A stretch of 64,000 nt of DNA from Gammaproteobacteria bacterium (GTDB lineage Bacteria > Pseudomonadota > Gammaproteobacteria > Eutrophobiales > Eutrophobiaceae). A program made the position numbers and the translations under genes. The stretch lies in the NCBI GenBank assembly GCA_046757565.1, contig JBHHYN010000001.1:11466-75465 (forward strand), in the 5' to 3' direction. Numbering within the stretch: position 1 is the stretch's first letter; the number at the start of each line of letters is the position of its first letter. Positions 27,047-36,440 of the stretch are shown piece after piece. A model generated the notes under the pieces. The model was given only the letters and a program-made list of their open reading frames with translations. It was not told the DNA's origin and searched no databases.

Positions 27047-27379
27047 ATGAAGCCACCTCAAACCGTGATTTGCCTCGTTCTTTCCGCCTTACTGTTTTCA
27101 TCTCAGACCTCATTGGCTGGTGATACCAGTAGCGCTCAATCAGATGAATATAAGCCGACCATGGATGAGATGATCACGGATGGTTTAATATACAGACCGC
27201 TGGGTGTGGCCGCAACAGTGGTTGGTACCGGTATCTTTATCGTCACCCTGCCATTCAGCCTGTTGGGGGGAAATGCAGACGATGCCGGCGAGAGACTCGT
27301 TGCTGAACCTGCGAGGGACACCTTTAGAAGATGCCTTGGTTGCGCCCTCTATTACCACCGCTTCGACAGGAGATATTAG
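27047..27379 (+). CDS. Small secreted/membrane protein, unknown function
   Basis: 110 aa. Signal peptide ending SLAG, one further hydrophobic segment (LGVAATVVGTGIFIVTLPFSLLGG). Convergent with the sortase-system kinase. Confidence 0.45.
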   Translation: MKPPQTVICLVLSALLFSSQTSLAGDTSSAQSDEYKPTMDEMITDGLIYRPLGVAATVVGTGIFIVTLPFSLLGGNADDAGERLVAEPARDTFRRCLGCALYYHRFDRRY

Positions 27380-27382
27380 AAC

Positions 27383-29482
27383 CTATATCGCAATCCCGCC
27401 GGAAAAGTCGATAACTACCTTCACCCCTTTCCTGTCCGGTAAATTAGAAGCAGTGATCTTTGCCTGATGAAATTCCGCGATGATTCTCACAATATACAGT
27501 CCTAAACCCAAGTGCGGTTCAGCACCGCCCTGCTTCTCCCGTAATGAAATCATGGAGTTAAACAATTGGCCCGCCATCGCATCCGGTAAGGTTGAGCCAT
27601 AGTTAATCACCTGTAGCGTCCAGTTTTCCCCGGATGATAAAAGACCTACATCGATCGGTTTACCCTCTGTTCCGAAATCAACAGCATTGGCAATAAGCTT
27701 ATCCAGCATTTGTACAATCAGATCGGGTGAAACATTTCGGACAACGGCTTGTTCAGGTTTTCCAAGTCTGAATTCAATACCAGGATAGGCCAGGCGGTAA
27801 GCCTCCACGCAATTACCCAGTAATTGGCCAATATCGGTCTGCTGTTTTTCCGAGCCCTGCAAGGCCTGCTCCAGACGGGTTGCTTCGCTCAAACGGGCAA
27901 TGAGTAAATTCAACCGTTCGATCCCCTCTCTTGCACGATCGAGGTATTGACGCAGCTCTTTTCCTGTCCCACCAGAGTGAAGATTTTCCAGGGAAGACTG
28001 GACAACCGCTATGGGTGTGCGTAATTCATGTGATAACCTGCCAGCCATGCCCTCAAGGTAATTGTTGTAGTGTTGCAAGCGTTCCAGCATGGCAGCATAG
28101 TTCCGGGATACCTCGCCAATTTCATCAGCAGCCTTACTTGCCGTAAATTTGCCGACGACACGTCCGTATTCATCAATGGCGGACTCCGCCTCACTGCTCA
28201 GACGCCTTAACCGGAATGATAATCGTGTTGCGAAAAGTAACAACAACGATGTAACGATAAAAAAAACAAGCAGGGTTTTGTTAAACATCGAGGCCATGGC
28301 ATGACGCTGCAACATCTGTATGCTGTTAGTCGTCTCTTCAACAACGACCGCACCACGTACGGCATTATCGACCCAAACAGGCGTTGCCGCAGAGACAATT
28401 ATGGCCTTGCCATCGGCAGATGTTCGCCAACGGCTTCCCGTCTTTCCCTGTAGTGCCTGCAATACTTCCTGGCCCTGTAATCGTGACGCCCCCGCCAGGT
28501 CATCCTGAAAGCGCTCGGAAACCGGTGGCAGTATCAATGAATAGAGGAAATTAACAGGCTGTCCGGATTCGCTCTTTTCAAGGTTGCCACCGCTTGCCAG
28601 CACCTGCCCACGGCCATCCAGGACCCAGACCCTGCGGCCATCCATTTTGCCGAGACCCCTGATAATCTGTTTGATTTCCGGGGAGGATTGCAACAACCTT
28701 CCGGGCCTGTACTCCGTACTCTCTCCCGCCGTCCCGGTACGGCTGATTATCCGCCTGTTATGAACATCATCAACATCAGCAACAATAAACCCCAGTCGTT
28801 CTCCTATCAGACCTGTCGGTATTGCGATTTCGAGGTTGTAACCCTCCTCCGTCTGCTGCCATACTCCGGTTACATTCGTAATATATTCTACAGTCCGGTA
28901 CTCAAAATTAAACTCATCCCAGTGCCGTTCGTATCTGAACGGCCTGATCTTACCGGGCGCGGACGGGGAAAAATAATAGTGCCTGAGTTCCCCTTCCGGA
29001 TCGGTGAATACCAGCGTCACATGATCATTATCGGTGGCATCAGGTGTATCCGGTTTTTGATAAACAACATTTCTGTCGCGGACCTGGAGCAGCACATCGA
29101 AATACTGCCCATAATGCGTGACGATTAATCTGAAAGAGGCTGGGTCCGGCTGTGACTGGCCCGATTTTCCCGCCGTGTAGACATCCGACCAACCAAGATA
29201 AGTAACCCAGTCATCGGTATATCCATCTATCTGCATGGGATGGTTTAATGTATGCACATAGACGGTCTTTTCGTTCGATGCCGTGGCAACGGGGAAAAGG
29301 TTCGCCTTCTCATGCAGAGGGCCCGCCATGGCGCGGGCGGCATCCATCAGGGAGATTTCCAGAGCATCACGTAAATGACGTTCCAACTCACGCAAATACT
29401 GAAAACCAACGTAAGGAATACTAAGGACGGCAATCGACAGAATCAGTAACTTTGCTCTTATCGTTAATTTTATGCGATTCAT
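27383..29482 (-). CDS. Sensor histidine kinase, proteobacterial dedicated sortase system type (TIGR03785-like)
   Basis: 699 aa. N-terminal TM, large periplasmic domain, second TM plus HAMP, H-box LSHELRTPIAV, N/G boxes (DKLIANAVDF, GLGLYIVR). Size and genomic context (RR, PdsO, target/sortase remnants) fit the family. Confidence 0.8.
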   Translation of the reverse strand: MNRIKLTIRAKLLILSIAVLSIPYVGFQYLRELERHLRDALEISLMDAARAMAGPLHEKANLFPVATASNEKTVYVHTLNHPMQIDGYTDDWVTYLGWSDVYTAGKSGQSQPDPASFRLIVTHYGQYFDVLLQVRDRNVVYQKPDTPDATDNDHVTLVFTDPEGELRHYYFSPSAPGKIRPFRYERHWDEFNFEYRTVEYITNVTGVWQQTEEGYNLEIAIPTGLIGERLGFIVADVDDVHNRRIISRTGTAGESTEYRPGRLLQSSPEIKQIIRGLGKMDGRRVWVLDGRGQVLASGGNLEKSESGQPVNFLYSLILPPVSERFQDDLAGASRLQGQEVLQALQGKTGSRWRTSADGKAIIVSAATPVWVDNAVRGAVVVEETTNSIQMLQRHAMASMFNKTLLVFFIVTSLLLLFATRLSFRLRRLSSEAESAIDEYGRVVGKFTASKAADEIGEVSRNYAAMLERLQHYNNYLEGMAGRLSHELRTPIAVVQSSLENLHSGGTGKELRQYLDRAREGIERLNLLIARLSEATRLEQALQGSEKQQTDIGQLLGNCVEAYRLAYPGIEFRLGKPEQAVVRNVSPDLIVQMLDKLIANAVDFGTEGKPIDVGLLSSGENWTLQVINYGSTLPDAMAGQLFNSMISLREKQGGAEPHLGLGLYIVRIIAEFHQAKITASNLPDRKGVKVVIDFSGGIAI

Positions 29483-29530
29483 GGTCTAAGATTCGTTGCC
29501 TATCACACCTTGTAAGTAACCGCATCCCGG

Positions 29531-30223
29531 CTATTTTGCTTTCCACCGATAGCCCATGCCGTATACCGTATCGATGCGATCAAAGGTCATATCGATTAAT
29601 TCGAATTTTCGCCGTATGCGTTTTATGTGTGAGGTTACTGTTCCATCGTCTACAAAAATATGGGCATCCTGCATCAATTGCTCGCGACTTTTCACATGCC
29701 CCGGAATAATGACCAGTGAATGCACGATCCAGAATTCCGTCAAGGTCAGATCGACCTTTTTGCCCTGCCATTCGACGCTCATGCAATTTTTATCTATGCT
29801 GAGATCGCCGACGGTATGCAGTTGATCACGGGCAAGTTCAGACTGTAAAGCCTGCAGACGACGAAACAGTGCAGCAACTCTGGCAAGTATTTGCGGAATA
29901 GATACATCTTTTGTCAGGTAATCATCGGCTCCGAGACGCAAACCGGAGATTGCATCAAAATCGGAATCCCTTGCGGTCAGAAAAACGATAGGCAACGTCG
30001 CCGACAGAGCACGCAGTTCCCGGCAGATTTCGAAACCGCCTTCCGGATCATCCTCAAGACCGATGTCGATGATTGCCAGTTGCGGCAACCGTTGTCTGAA
30101 GGCAGCCAGGGACTCTTTCTTGCCGGCGTAGGTAATCACTTCGTATCCCTGCTTTTTCAGGGCATCTGCATAGTTTTCCCTGATTGCAGGTTCGTCTTCG
30201 ATCAAGGCAATACGTTTTGCCAT
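29531..30223 (-). CDS. OmpR-family response regulator, dedicated sortase system type (TIGR03787-like). True start is the ATG at 30223
   Basis: MAKRIALIEDEPAIRENY...IIDIGL (receiver Asp)...winged-helix C-terminus LTLTEFWIVHSLV...VTSHIKRIRRKF...YGMGYRW. Confidence 0.88.
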   Translation of the reverse strand: MAKRIALIEDEPAIRENYADALKKQGYEVITYAGKKESLAAFRQRLPQLAIIDIGLEDDPEGGFEICRELRALSATLPIVFLTARDSDFDAISGLRLGADDYLTKDVSIPQILARVAALFRRLQALQSELARDQLHTVGDLSIDKNCMSVEWQGKKVDLTLTEFWIVHSLVIIPGHVKSREQLMQDAHIFVDDGTVTSHIKRIRRKFELIDMTFDRIDTVYGMGYRWKAK

Positions 30224-30428
30224 AGTAATAATCACTCCAGATTTTTTGAACGTATCCCGAGGGATGTACTGTAAACCAAACCGGCATGGATTGAAGCAGA
30301 ATCGCCATAATTTCCATCTTCCTGCCATATTTAATCTCCACATTGCCCGTATTCATCCCCGGGCGCGCCCGATACAGGGGCTTTACTCTATGCATGACCC
30401 CCAATACATCCAGACAGGAGTAATAATC

Positions 30429-31142
30429 ATGATTAAAAACGTGCTCATAGGCCTTGGTCTCCTTTTCCTGTTCCATACAAGCGCCCAGGCCGATGCGGGA
30501 TCAATCCCCTCCTCCCGGCACAAGGATGAAATGGGTTTGGGAGCCGGGGCATTGATTGGCGGCCTGATAGCAGGCCCGCCAGGTGCTGTCATCGGCGCCG
30601 CCGGCGGCGCCTGGTTCGGTAACCGGGAGGCGAAAAAGGACATAAAGATCGCCACTCTGGAAAAAAGGCTGACGGAAAAACAGACCGATCTCGCCTATCT
30701 GCAAACCAGATTGACAGAACTGCAATCCGAATACGGCAGTGAAATGAAAAAGGTTAAACTCGACAACCGCCTTCCGTTATTGCATGAGTTGACCCGTGGG
30801 GTTTCATTAATCGTTTACTTTCGAACGAACAGGGCGAATATCGAACCGGAAATCATCCCCCGAATAGCGCGCCTCGCCGGGTTTTTACGGAATTTCCCCG
30901 AGATAAAACTGCGTATCGAAGCATATGCAGACCGCCGCGGCCGGGAACAATACAATCAACAACTCAGTGGGCGGCGGGCGCAAGCTGTAGAGGATGAATT
31001 GATTGGGGACGGGCTGCAACGTAATCGTATTAGCAGCCGTGCCTATGGGGAATCACGGGCGCTTGCAGCCGAGGGCGATCGGGAAGGGTATGTGTTCGAT
31101 CGCCGTGTAATCGTCCATCTGACCCTGGACAGCGAAGTCTGA
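30429..31142 (+). CDS. pdsO: OmpA-family protein PdsO (proteobacterial sortase system OmpA protein, TIGR03789-like). True start is the ATG at 30429
   Basis: Signal peptide MIKNVLIGLGLLFLFHTSAQA, Gly-rich segment, coiled-coil, C-terminal OmpA_C motif (YFRTNRANI...LRIEAYADRRG...YNQQLSGRRAQAV...YGES). Sits between the RR and the target remnant. Confidence 0.78.
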   Translation: MIKNVLIGLGLLFLFHTSAQADAGSIPSSRHKDEMGLGAGALIGGLIAGPPGAVIGAAGGAWFGNREAKKDIKIATLEKRLTEKQTDLAYLQTRLTELQSEYGSEMKKVKLDNRLPLLHELTRGVSLIVYFRTNRANIEPEIIPRIARLAGFLRNFPEIKLRIEAYADRRGREQYNQQLSGRRAQAVEDELIGDGLQRNRISSRAYGESRALAAEGDREGYVFDRRVIVHLTLDSEV

Positions 31143-31177
31143 CAACGCATTAAGCCCGATCAAACAAGGACTGCCGG

Positions 31178-31813
31178 ATGAAAATAGAAACATCTTTTAT
31201 AACAACAACCCTGCACTGCATCATAATCAGTCTCCTTGTCGGCTTAATCGTAACGTTCATTCTTGCAGGCATTGCAATGTTATTGTCAACGTTTGCACAA
31301 GCCGACACCATGGATGATACGGCAAGCAGCAAGGTCCGGCATTACCACCAGCCAGATGAAGTTAAACGGGGAACGTTACTGTTTTATGGTGAAGAGGGCT
31401 TCACCAGCGCTCCTGTGTTGCACATGGACGTGCACACAGACGTTACCGGCATGATTGCCCGGGCCCGGGCCCATGTCAAACAAGCATTTAGAAATCCCAA
31501 TACAAATGGAAAGAGGACATTTATGTGTTCCCCTTACGATATTTTTACTGATAGTCCTCCCCCTCTGCGGTATATGGTTTATAGGACAAGGCGCCTATAT
31601 CCATGCCAAGGCACTGTTGGCACAGGTACTGCTGAGGCAGCCTGGGCCGAAACCCTGCATGACAAAAAGGAGGTGAAAGCATGGCCATGGGAAGATACCA
31701 GGCCGGTCTCACGCCTGTCGGTGCCAAGCCTTGGGATAAGCCGCATTGTCCTGGCCGGGGCCAATGGCTCCTCCCTGGCCTTCGGTCCAGGACATCTTTT
31801 TAATTCAGCATAG
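31178..31813 (+). pseudogene. Collapsed remnant of the sortase substrate (VIT-vWA target, TIGR03788-like) fused to a frameshifted, truncated dedicated sortase (TIGR03784-like)
   Basis: Frame of 31178: TM/signal plus the VIT-domain start (RGTLLFYGEEGFTSAPVLHMDVHTDVTGMIARA..VKQAFRNP). It continues in a second frame as QYKWKEDIYVFPL (~31497-31540). The frame of 31455 then gives the sortase TM helix LLIVLPLCGIWFIGQGAYIHAKALLAQVLLRQ. After a frameshift near 31640, back in frame 31178: AWAETLHDKKEVKAWPWEDTRPVSRLSVPSLGISRIVLAGANGSSLAFGPGHL, stop at 31811. No vWA domain, sorting signal or catalytic TLxTC region is present. Confidence 0.65.
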
Positions 31814-32011
31814 CCCGGTAAACAGAAGATGTAGTGTAACCAGGACCTACCTCAACATCCCTCGAACCGGTCAGAGACTGCTGTAACAAAACACCAACGA
31901 CCACCAGATCATAGAAGAAAAGAGAGACATCCCTGTCTGATTAAGATTACGATACGATATTATAATATTGACGCCGTTATCTTAAGCCATTCCGTTTAAG
32001 GTGTACATATA

Positions 32012-32048
32012 CCCTTTTCAGGGTATGTCTGACATACCCTGAAAAGGG
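32012..32048. repeat. Perfect 37-bp palindrome (18-nt arms, single central T)
   Basis: cccttttcagggtatgtc t gacataccctgaaaaggg, read directly from the sequence. Confidence 0.95.
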
Positions 32049-32093
32049 CACATACATCCCTTCAATCTATTTCTATAATTAATTCTGTAGAAG

Positions 32094-32534
32094 TTGGATG
32101 TAGCGCCACAATCACCTGCCAGGATAGTATCAATCATTTCCGTAATGAGCTGCTATATGCATAAGAGTTTTTCAAACAAAAAGATTTTTTCCCGGCTTGC
32201 AGCGCTTTGCAAATCAAACAAAACGGTATTGCCATGTGAACTGGATAGTTGGCATACATTCAGTTCGGACAATGTTCAGGTTTTGGTTGATCTGGGCGCT
32301 CGTTTCGAAAACCTGGGATGGCGTTTTGTAGGAATATGGCCTGACCCGGAAGGCACGGCATATTTTCATTTGAGGGTGGCCAGGAAAGGGCTTTATGGCG
32401 AAACGCAGCTTTTGAAAGAAATCAAAATGATGAAAACTGTGGCAGCTGAATTTCCCGTTGTCAATTATAGCAATTGCTCCCACAAACCTGTTACTTCCGG
32501 CGGGCACCGCAATAGTACGAAATTAACGGCCTGA
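32094..32534 (+). CDS. Hypothetical protein (start uncertain; possible ATG at ~32157, MHKSFSNKK...)
   Basis: 146-aa ORF, no recognisable motif, AT-richer by eye. Convergent with the Ser/Thr kinase gene. Confidence 0.3.
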   Translation: MDVAPQSPARIVSIISVMSCYMHKSFSNKKIFSRLAALCKSNKTVLPCELDSWHTFSSDNVQVLVDLGARFENLGWRFVGIWPDPEGTAYFHLRVARKGLYGETQLLKEIKMMKTVAAEFPVVNYSNCSHKPVTSGGHRNSTKLTA

Positions 32535-32563
32535 CACACCTGTGTCGCCAAGCGTTTAAGAAA

Positions 32564-34138
32564 TTAATCTATATCCGATTGTCTCATTTCTTTCTGTATC
32601 TTGTGCAGGGCTTCTTTAAGATTTTTGTTGTTCGGAGCAAGGGTCAATACTTCGCGCAGATAGGCTTCGGCCAGGGCAGGATCATCATCCCTCAGGGCAT
32701 CCTTGATCTTGATATTATACTCCTTTGCCACGACCCGAATCTGCCTTAATGTCCTTTTATCATTTGGGTGATCACGCAACCTTTGTCTCAAGCGGTTAAT
32801 TCTGCGTTTTTCAGTTTCGCTGATCAGGTTTGGACGATCTCTGATCTTGCTGTTTTGAACGGATGCATCATTGGAGTGCGAAGGCAGCATTTCATCCCTG
32901 GGCGATGTATCTACAACCGCAGCCGTGGTTGGATGAGTTTCCGTTGCAGCGGCCATCGTTGCGTGACCGGTGGCAGCGCCATGTTTACTCACCTGCCCGG
33001 CAGTCTCCTGTTGATGCCGCTTTCCTGGCACGGACAGCAAAAACAGAATAACCATGGTGACGGCCACAATCGCCGCGGCACGCCTGATACCCCGGTTCGT
33101 TGCAGGCGTCGTCCGGGGCCGTTGCGGTTCAGCTCTGTCCGGCACTTGCATGGTGATTTTGACTGTCTTTTGCACCACTTTCCCGGGCTCCTCAATCGAT
33201 GCCGCAGCAGGATAGAGTCCCGTCTCTTCATGCTTGTCCTCAATCGTAACGGGAGCGTTGAACTGCTGACGCCACGACGCTATGCTCTGCGGTCTGTCTG
33301 CGGCTTTAAATGCCATGGCGTGGTCGATGCACCGCAAAAATCCCTCCGAGTAGCGGTCACGGCAAATCTCGTTCGCCGGGACATAGATATCCCTGCCCGT
33401 ATGCAACAGGGCTTCACTCCTGTCCATGGCAGCTAACGGGTGCTTTCCAGTCACTGCACGATACAGCGTGGCGCCAAGACCATAAACATCCGTCCACGGC
33501 CCCTGCCTGTCACTTTTACTCACATATTGTTCAAACGGCGCATAACCGGGTGAAATCAGACTGGTTAACGTCCGTGTTTGCTGCCCAAAGGATTGCCTTG
33601 CGGAACCAAAATCCAGCAAGACGGGGCTGCCATCTTCGCGAATAAATATATTAGGTGGCTTGATATCACGGTGGATGAAACCGGCTTCATGGATCTGCTC
33701 CAGCCCGTCCAGCAGGGGCATCAAGATACCTGTTAACTCATCCTCCGGTATGGTCTTTCTTGTCTTCAGGATTTCATGCAGGCCCTGTCCCTGTTCGCAC
33801 TCCATTATCATGTAGGCGGTATTGTTCTCGGGGAAGACCGTAAAGACCCGTACAATATTTTCATGCTTGAACCGGGCCAGCGTCTGCGCCTCGCTGATAA
33901 AACGCTCCAGGCCCCATTTGAACTGCTCGCCATAATCACCCGAAACAGGCTGTATGCACGCGTCGCCCTCCCGCATCGCCATCTCAACAGGCAGGAACTC
34001 CTTAATCGCTACCAGCTGATCCAGATTAGTGTCCTCGGCCAGATAAGTGATACCAAACCCTCCCTGGCCCAGGACGCTCCTGATCAGATACCAATGGAGC
34101 TTATATCCGGGCTGCAATGAATTGCGATATTCACTCAT
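32564..34138 (-). CDS. Hanks-type serine/threonine protein kinase with central TM segment and C-terminal helical/TPR-like tail
   Basis: GQGGFGITYLA (G-loop), VAIKEF (VAIK), HRDIKPPNIF (catalytic loop), DFGSAR (DFG), SPGYAPFEQY (APE-like). Hydrophobic AAIVAVTMVILFLLSV at about residue 350. Confidence 0.9.
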   Translation of the reverse strand: MSEYRNSLQPGYKLHWYLIRSVLGQGGFGITYLAEDTNLDQLVAIKEFLPVEMAMREGDACIQPVSGDYGEQFKWGLERFISEAQTLARFKHENIVRVFTVFPENNTAYMIMECEQGQGLHEILKTRKTIPEDELTGILMPLLDGLEQIHEAGFIHRDIKPPNIFIREDGSPVLLDFGSARQSFGQQTRTLTSLISPGYAPFEQYVSKSDRQGPWTDVYGLGATLYRAVTGKHPLAAMDRSEALLHTGRDIYVPANEICRDRYSEGFLRCIDHAMAFKAADRPQSIASWRQQFNAPVTIEDKHEETGLYPAAASIEEPGKVVQKTVKITMQVPDRAEPQRPRTTPATNRGIRRAAAIVAVTMVILFLLSVPGKRHQQETAGQVSKHGAATGHATMAAATETHPTTAAVVDTSPRDEMLPSHSNDASVQNSKIRDRPNLISETEKRRINRLRQRLRDHPNDKRTLRQIRVVAKEYNIKIKDALRDDDPALAEAYLREVLTLAPNNKNLKEALHKIQKEMRQSDID

Positions 34139-34149
34139 GCCATTCCTCG

Positions 34150-35142
34150 TTAATCGCCAATTACCAGTACCGCAGCGCCCTGCACTTCACCTTTGCGTAA
34201 CCGCTCAAGTGCCAGGTTGGCCTCCGCCAGCGGGTGGGATTCAGTCTCCGTCCTGATGGGAATTTCCGCAGCCAATGCCAGAAATTCATCACCATCTCTG
34301 CGAGTCAGGTTTGCCACGGACAGTATGCGCCGCTCGCCCCACAGAAGGGAGTAGGGAAACGCGGGGATATCACTCATATGGATCCCGGCACAAACAACGG
34401 TACCACCCTTTGCTACAGACTTTAACGCACAAGGTACCAATTCGCCGACAGGTGCAAAGATAATGGCCGCATCCAGCAGTTCCGGAGGTACTTCATCTCC
34501 ATGGCCGGACCACACCGCACCGAGCCGCCTGGAAAACTGCTGTGCCGCACTATCGCCTTGCCGGGTGAAGGCATAGATTTTGCGGCCCTCGTGACACGCC
34601 ACCTGGGTGACAATATGCGCCGCCGCCCCAAACCCGTATAGCCCAATGCGTTCGGCATCTGCGCACATCCGCAATGAGCGGTACCCGATTAACCCGGCAC
34701 ACAGCAACGGCGCGGCCTCGATATCCGTTACTGCATTGCCCAGGGGGAACACAAAACGATGATGGGCTACGGTATATTCCGCATAGCCCCCGTCGATCTG
34801 ATAGCCGGTAAAGCGCGCTGCATCGCATAGATTCTCCCTGCCCGACCGGCAATAGCGGCATTCACCACACGTATACCCCAACCAGGGCACGCCGACACGG
34901 TCACCCGCCCGGTATTGCCCGGCGGCCCGGGCGCCCGCTTCAACGACCTCACCCACTATTTCATGACCGGGAATCAGCGGTAGTTTTGCTTCGGTCAACT
35001 CCCCATCAACGACATGCAGATCGGTGCGGCAGACCGCACAGGCGTGGATCCTGATCAACACATCATCGGGGCCACACCGGGGCCGCTCAACCTCCAGTAA
35101 TTGCAGCGGTTGTTTCGCCGCCTTAAGGACCATGGCTTTCAT
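34150..35142 (-). CDS. Zinc-dependent alcohol dehydrogenase family oxidoreductase
   Basis: 330 aa. CAVCRTDLH...GHEIVGEV catalytic Zn motif, structural Zn CGECRYCRSGRENLC, Rossmann GLYGFGAAAH. Confidence 0.9.
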   Translation of the reverse strand: MKAMVLKAAKQPLQLLEVERPRCGPDDVLIRIHACAVCRTDLHVVDGELTEAKLPLIPGHEIVGEVVEAGARAAGQYRAGDRVGVPWLGYTCGECRYCRSGRENLCDAARFTGYQIDGGYAEYTVAHHRFVFPLGNAVTDIEAAPLLCAGLIGYRSLRMCADAERIGLYGFGAAAHIVTQVACHEGRKIYAFTRQGDSAAQQFSRRLGAVWSGHGDEVPPELLDAAIIFAPVGELVPCALKSVAKGGTVVCAGIHMSDIPAFPYSLLWGERRILSVANLTRRDGDEFLALAAEIPIRTETESHPLAEANLALERLRKGEVQGAAVLVIGD

Positions 35143-35383
35143 AACGGGAAATAAGAATTAGGAATTAGGGGACACTGATAATTTAATAACTTTACAAAAC
35201 AGAATGAATAGACAGACCCTGGACAGGATCGTCTGTTGTATCACTTATCCTCACGTCTTGTTCGTTCTCACTCGGATTGTCGCAAGGTTCGATTCAATCG
35301 GTTCGTTGTTCGTAGATATTGCCAGTGTATCACCGGAAAACGGATGGACCCTTTGATTCTGTTTGATTCTGCTTTGGCTCAGC

Positions 35384-35992
35384 TCAATCTTCATAGAGTT
35401 GATGGGGAAATGCCGGCCTTTGCTTCATCCTTTCGATATACAAAGATAACGACGGATAAGCGTCGGTCAAGCGGCAGGAAACGGCCCACATCAGATTAAA
35501 ACAGATAACAATATCCGCAACACTGAATGCCTCTCCCAAAATAAAATCATTGCTCTCTACTCTGTCGGCAAGCGCTTTGACGTTATCGCGATACTCTTCA
35601 CCTGCAAGTTTGATTGCCTCAGGCAGCCGCCTGGCTTTGGGATACAGTACCGTGTGCTTTTGGATGGCCCAGAGATAGGGTTCGAGTTCGGCCATGCAGA
35701 AAAACAGCCATTGATAATAGTGCGCCCGCTCCACGCTTCCGGGCTCGGGGATGAGGTGCTTATCCGGATATTTTTCCGCCAGATAGGAACAGATGGCCGC
35801 TGACTCCGCAATGACCGCATCGCCATCGACGAGGACCGGAATTTTACCATAGGGATTAAGGGCCAGAAATTCCGCGGTTTTGTGTTCTCCTTTCCTGAGG
35901 TCGATCGTAACCGGTTGATATTCCACCTCCAGTTCGGCCAGGGTCCAGTGACAACGCATTGAGCGTGTCATCCCGTATTCATAGAGTTTCAT
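35384..35992 (-). CDS. Glutathione S-transferase family protein (true start is the ATG at 35992)
   Basis: MKLYEYGMTRSMRCHWTLAELEVEYQPVTIDLRKGEHKTAEFLALNPYGKIPVLVDGD..ESAAICSYL: thioredoxin-like GST N-domain followed by a helical C-domain. Confidence 0.85.
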   Translation of the reverse strand: MKLYEYGMTRSMRCHWTLAELEVEYQPVTIDLRKGEHKTAEFLALNPYGKIPVLVDGDAVIAESAAICSYLAEKYPDKHLIPEPGSVERAHYYQWLFFCMAELEPYLWAIQKHTVLYPKARRLPEAIKLAGEEYRDNVKALADRVESNDFILGEAFSVADIVICFNLMWAVSCRLTDAYPSLSLYIERMKQRPAFPHQLYED

Positions 35993-36188
35993 CAATTGTC
36001 CTGTACCGGTATAAATGCCCGATAACGGTAAATATAAACCTGATTCCATCGAGTTACCATGTATATAAAGCATGGATTCCCCCGGGTGCGCCAGTGATTT
36101 TTATTACAGAACATTGCAGGGCATACTTTTGTACATTACAGTCTGTCAAAGACTCAATGGTTTGCCGCAAAGGGGGCCATAAACCCTA

Positions 36189-36440
36189 ATGAAGACTATC
36201 CGCAAAACCCTTGAAAAAGCCCACCAGGTACTTAATGGCATCGATGTTGACCACGCCCTGATTGGGAACTGGCTTTAGGGGTCCTGGGTATACATCGGGC
36301 CACTATGGATGTGGACCTGCTCGTTGATGGACAAGACAAGGACAAGATGATGCAGGCCATGCAAAAACACGGGGTTAAGCTCCATTCTGAAACTGATGAA
36401 TGGTCAACCATCGAGACACTCAGGCGGGACTATGAACTTT
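36189..36440 (+). pseudogene. Frameshifted, truncated nucleotidyltransferase-fold gene (AbiEii/MNT-like toxin-antitoxin type)
   Basis: MKTIRKTLEKAHQVLNGIDVDHALIG then a frameshift into LALGVLGIHRATMDVDLLVDGQDKDKMMQAMQKHGVKL..., i.e. the G-x-A...D-x-D NTase core split over two frames, followed by an early stop. Confidence 0.45.

Noticed and set aside
31455-31676. 73-aa ORF as an independent small gene.
   Set aside because: It is the frame that carries the sortase N-terminal TM helix. It only makes sense as part of the frameshifted sortase remnant.
31814-32011. Further sortase remnants (for example SVTRTYLNIPRTGQRLL, or IIILTPLS..YIYPF as a decayed TLxTC-YPF motif).
   Set aside because: The matches are short, spread over several frames and interrupted by stops. 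I cannot distinguish them from chance without an alignment, so this is left as an open question rather than a feature.
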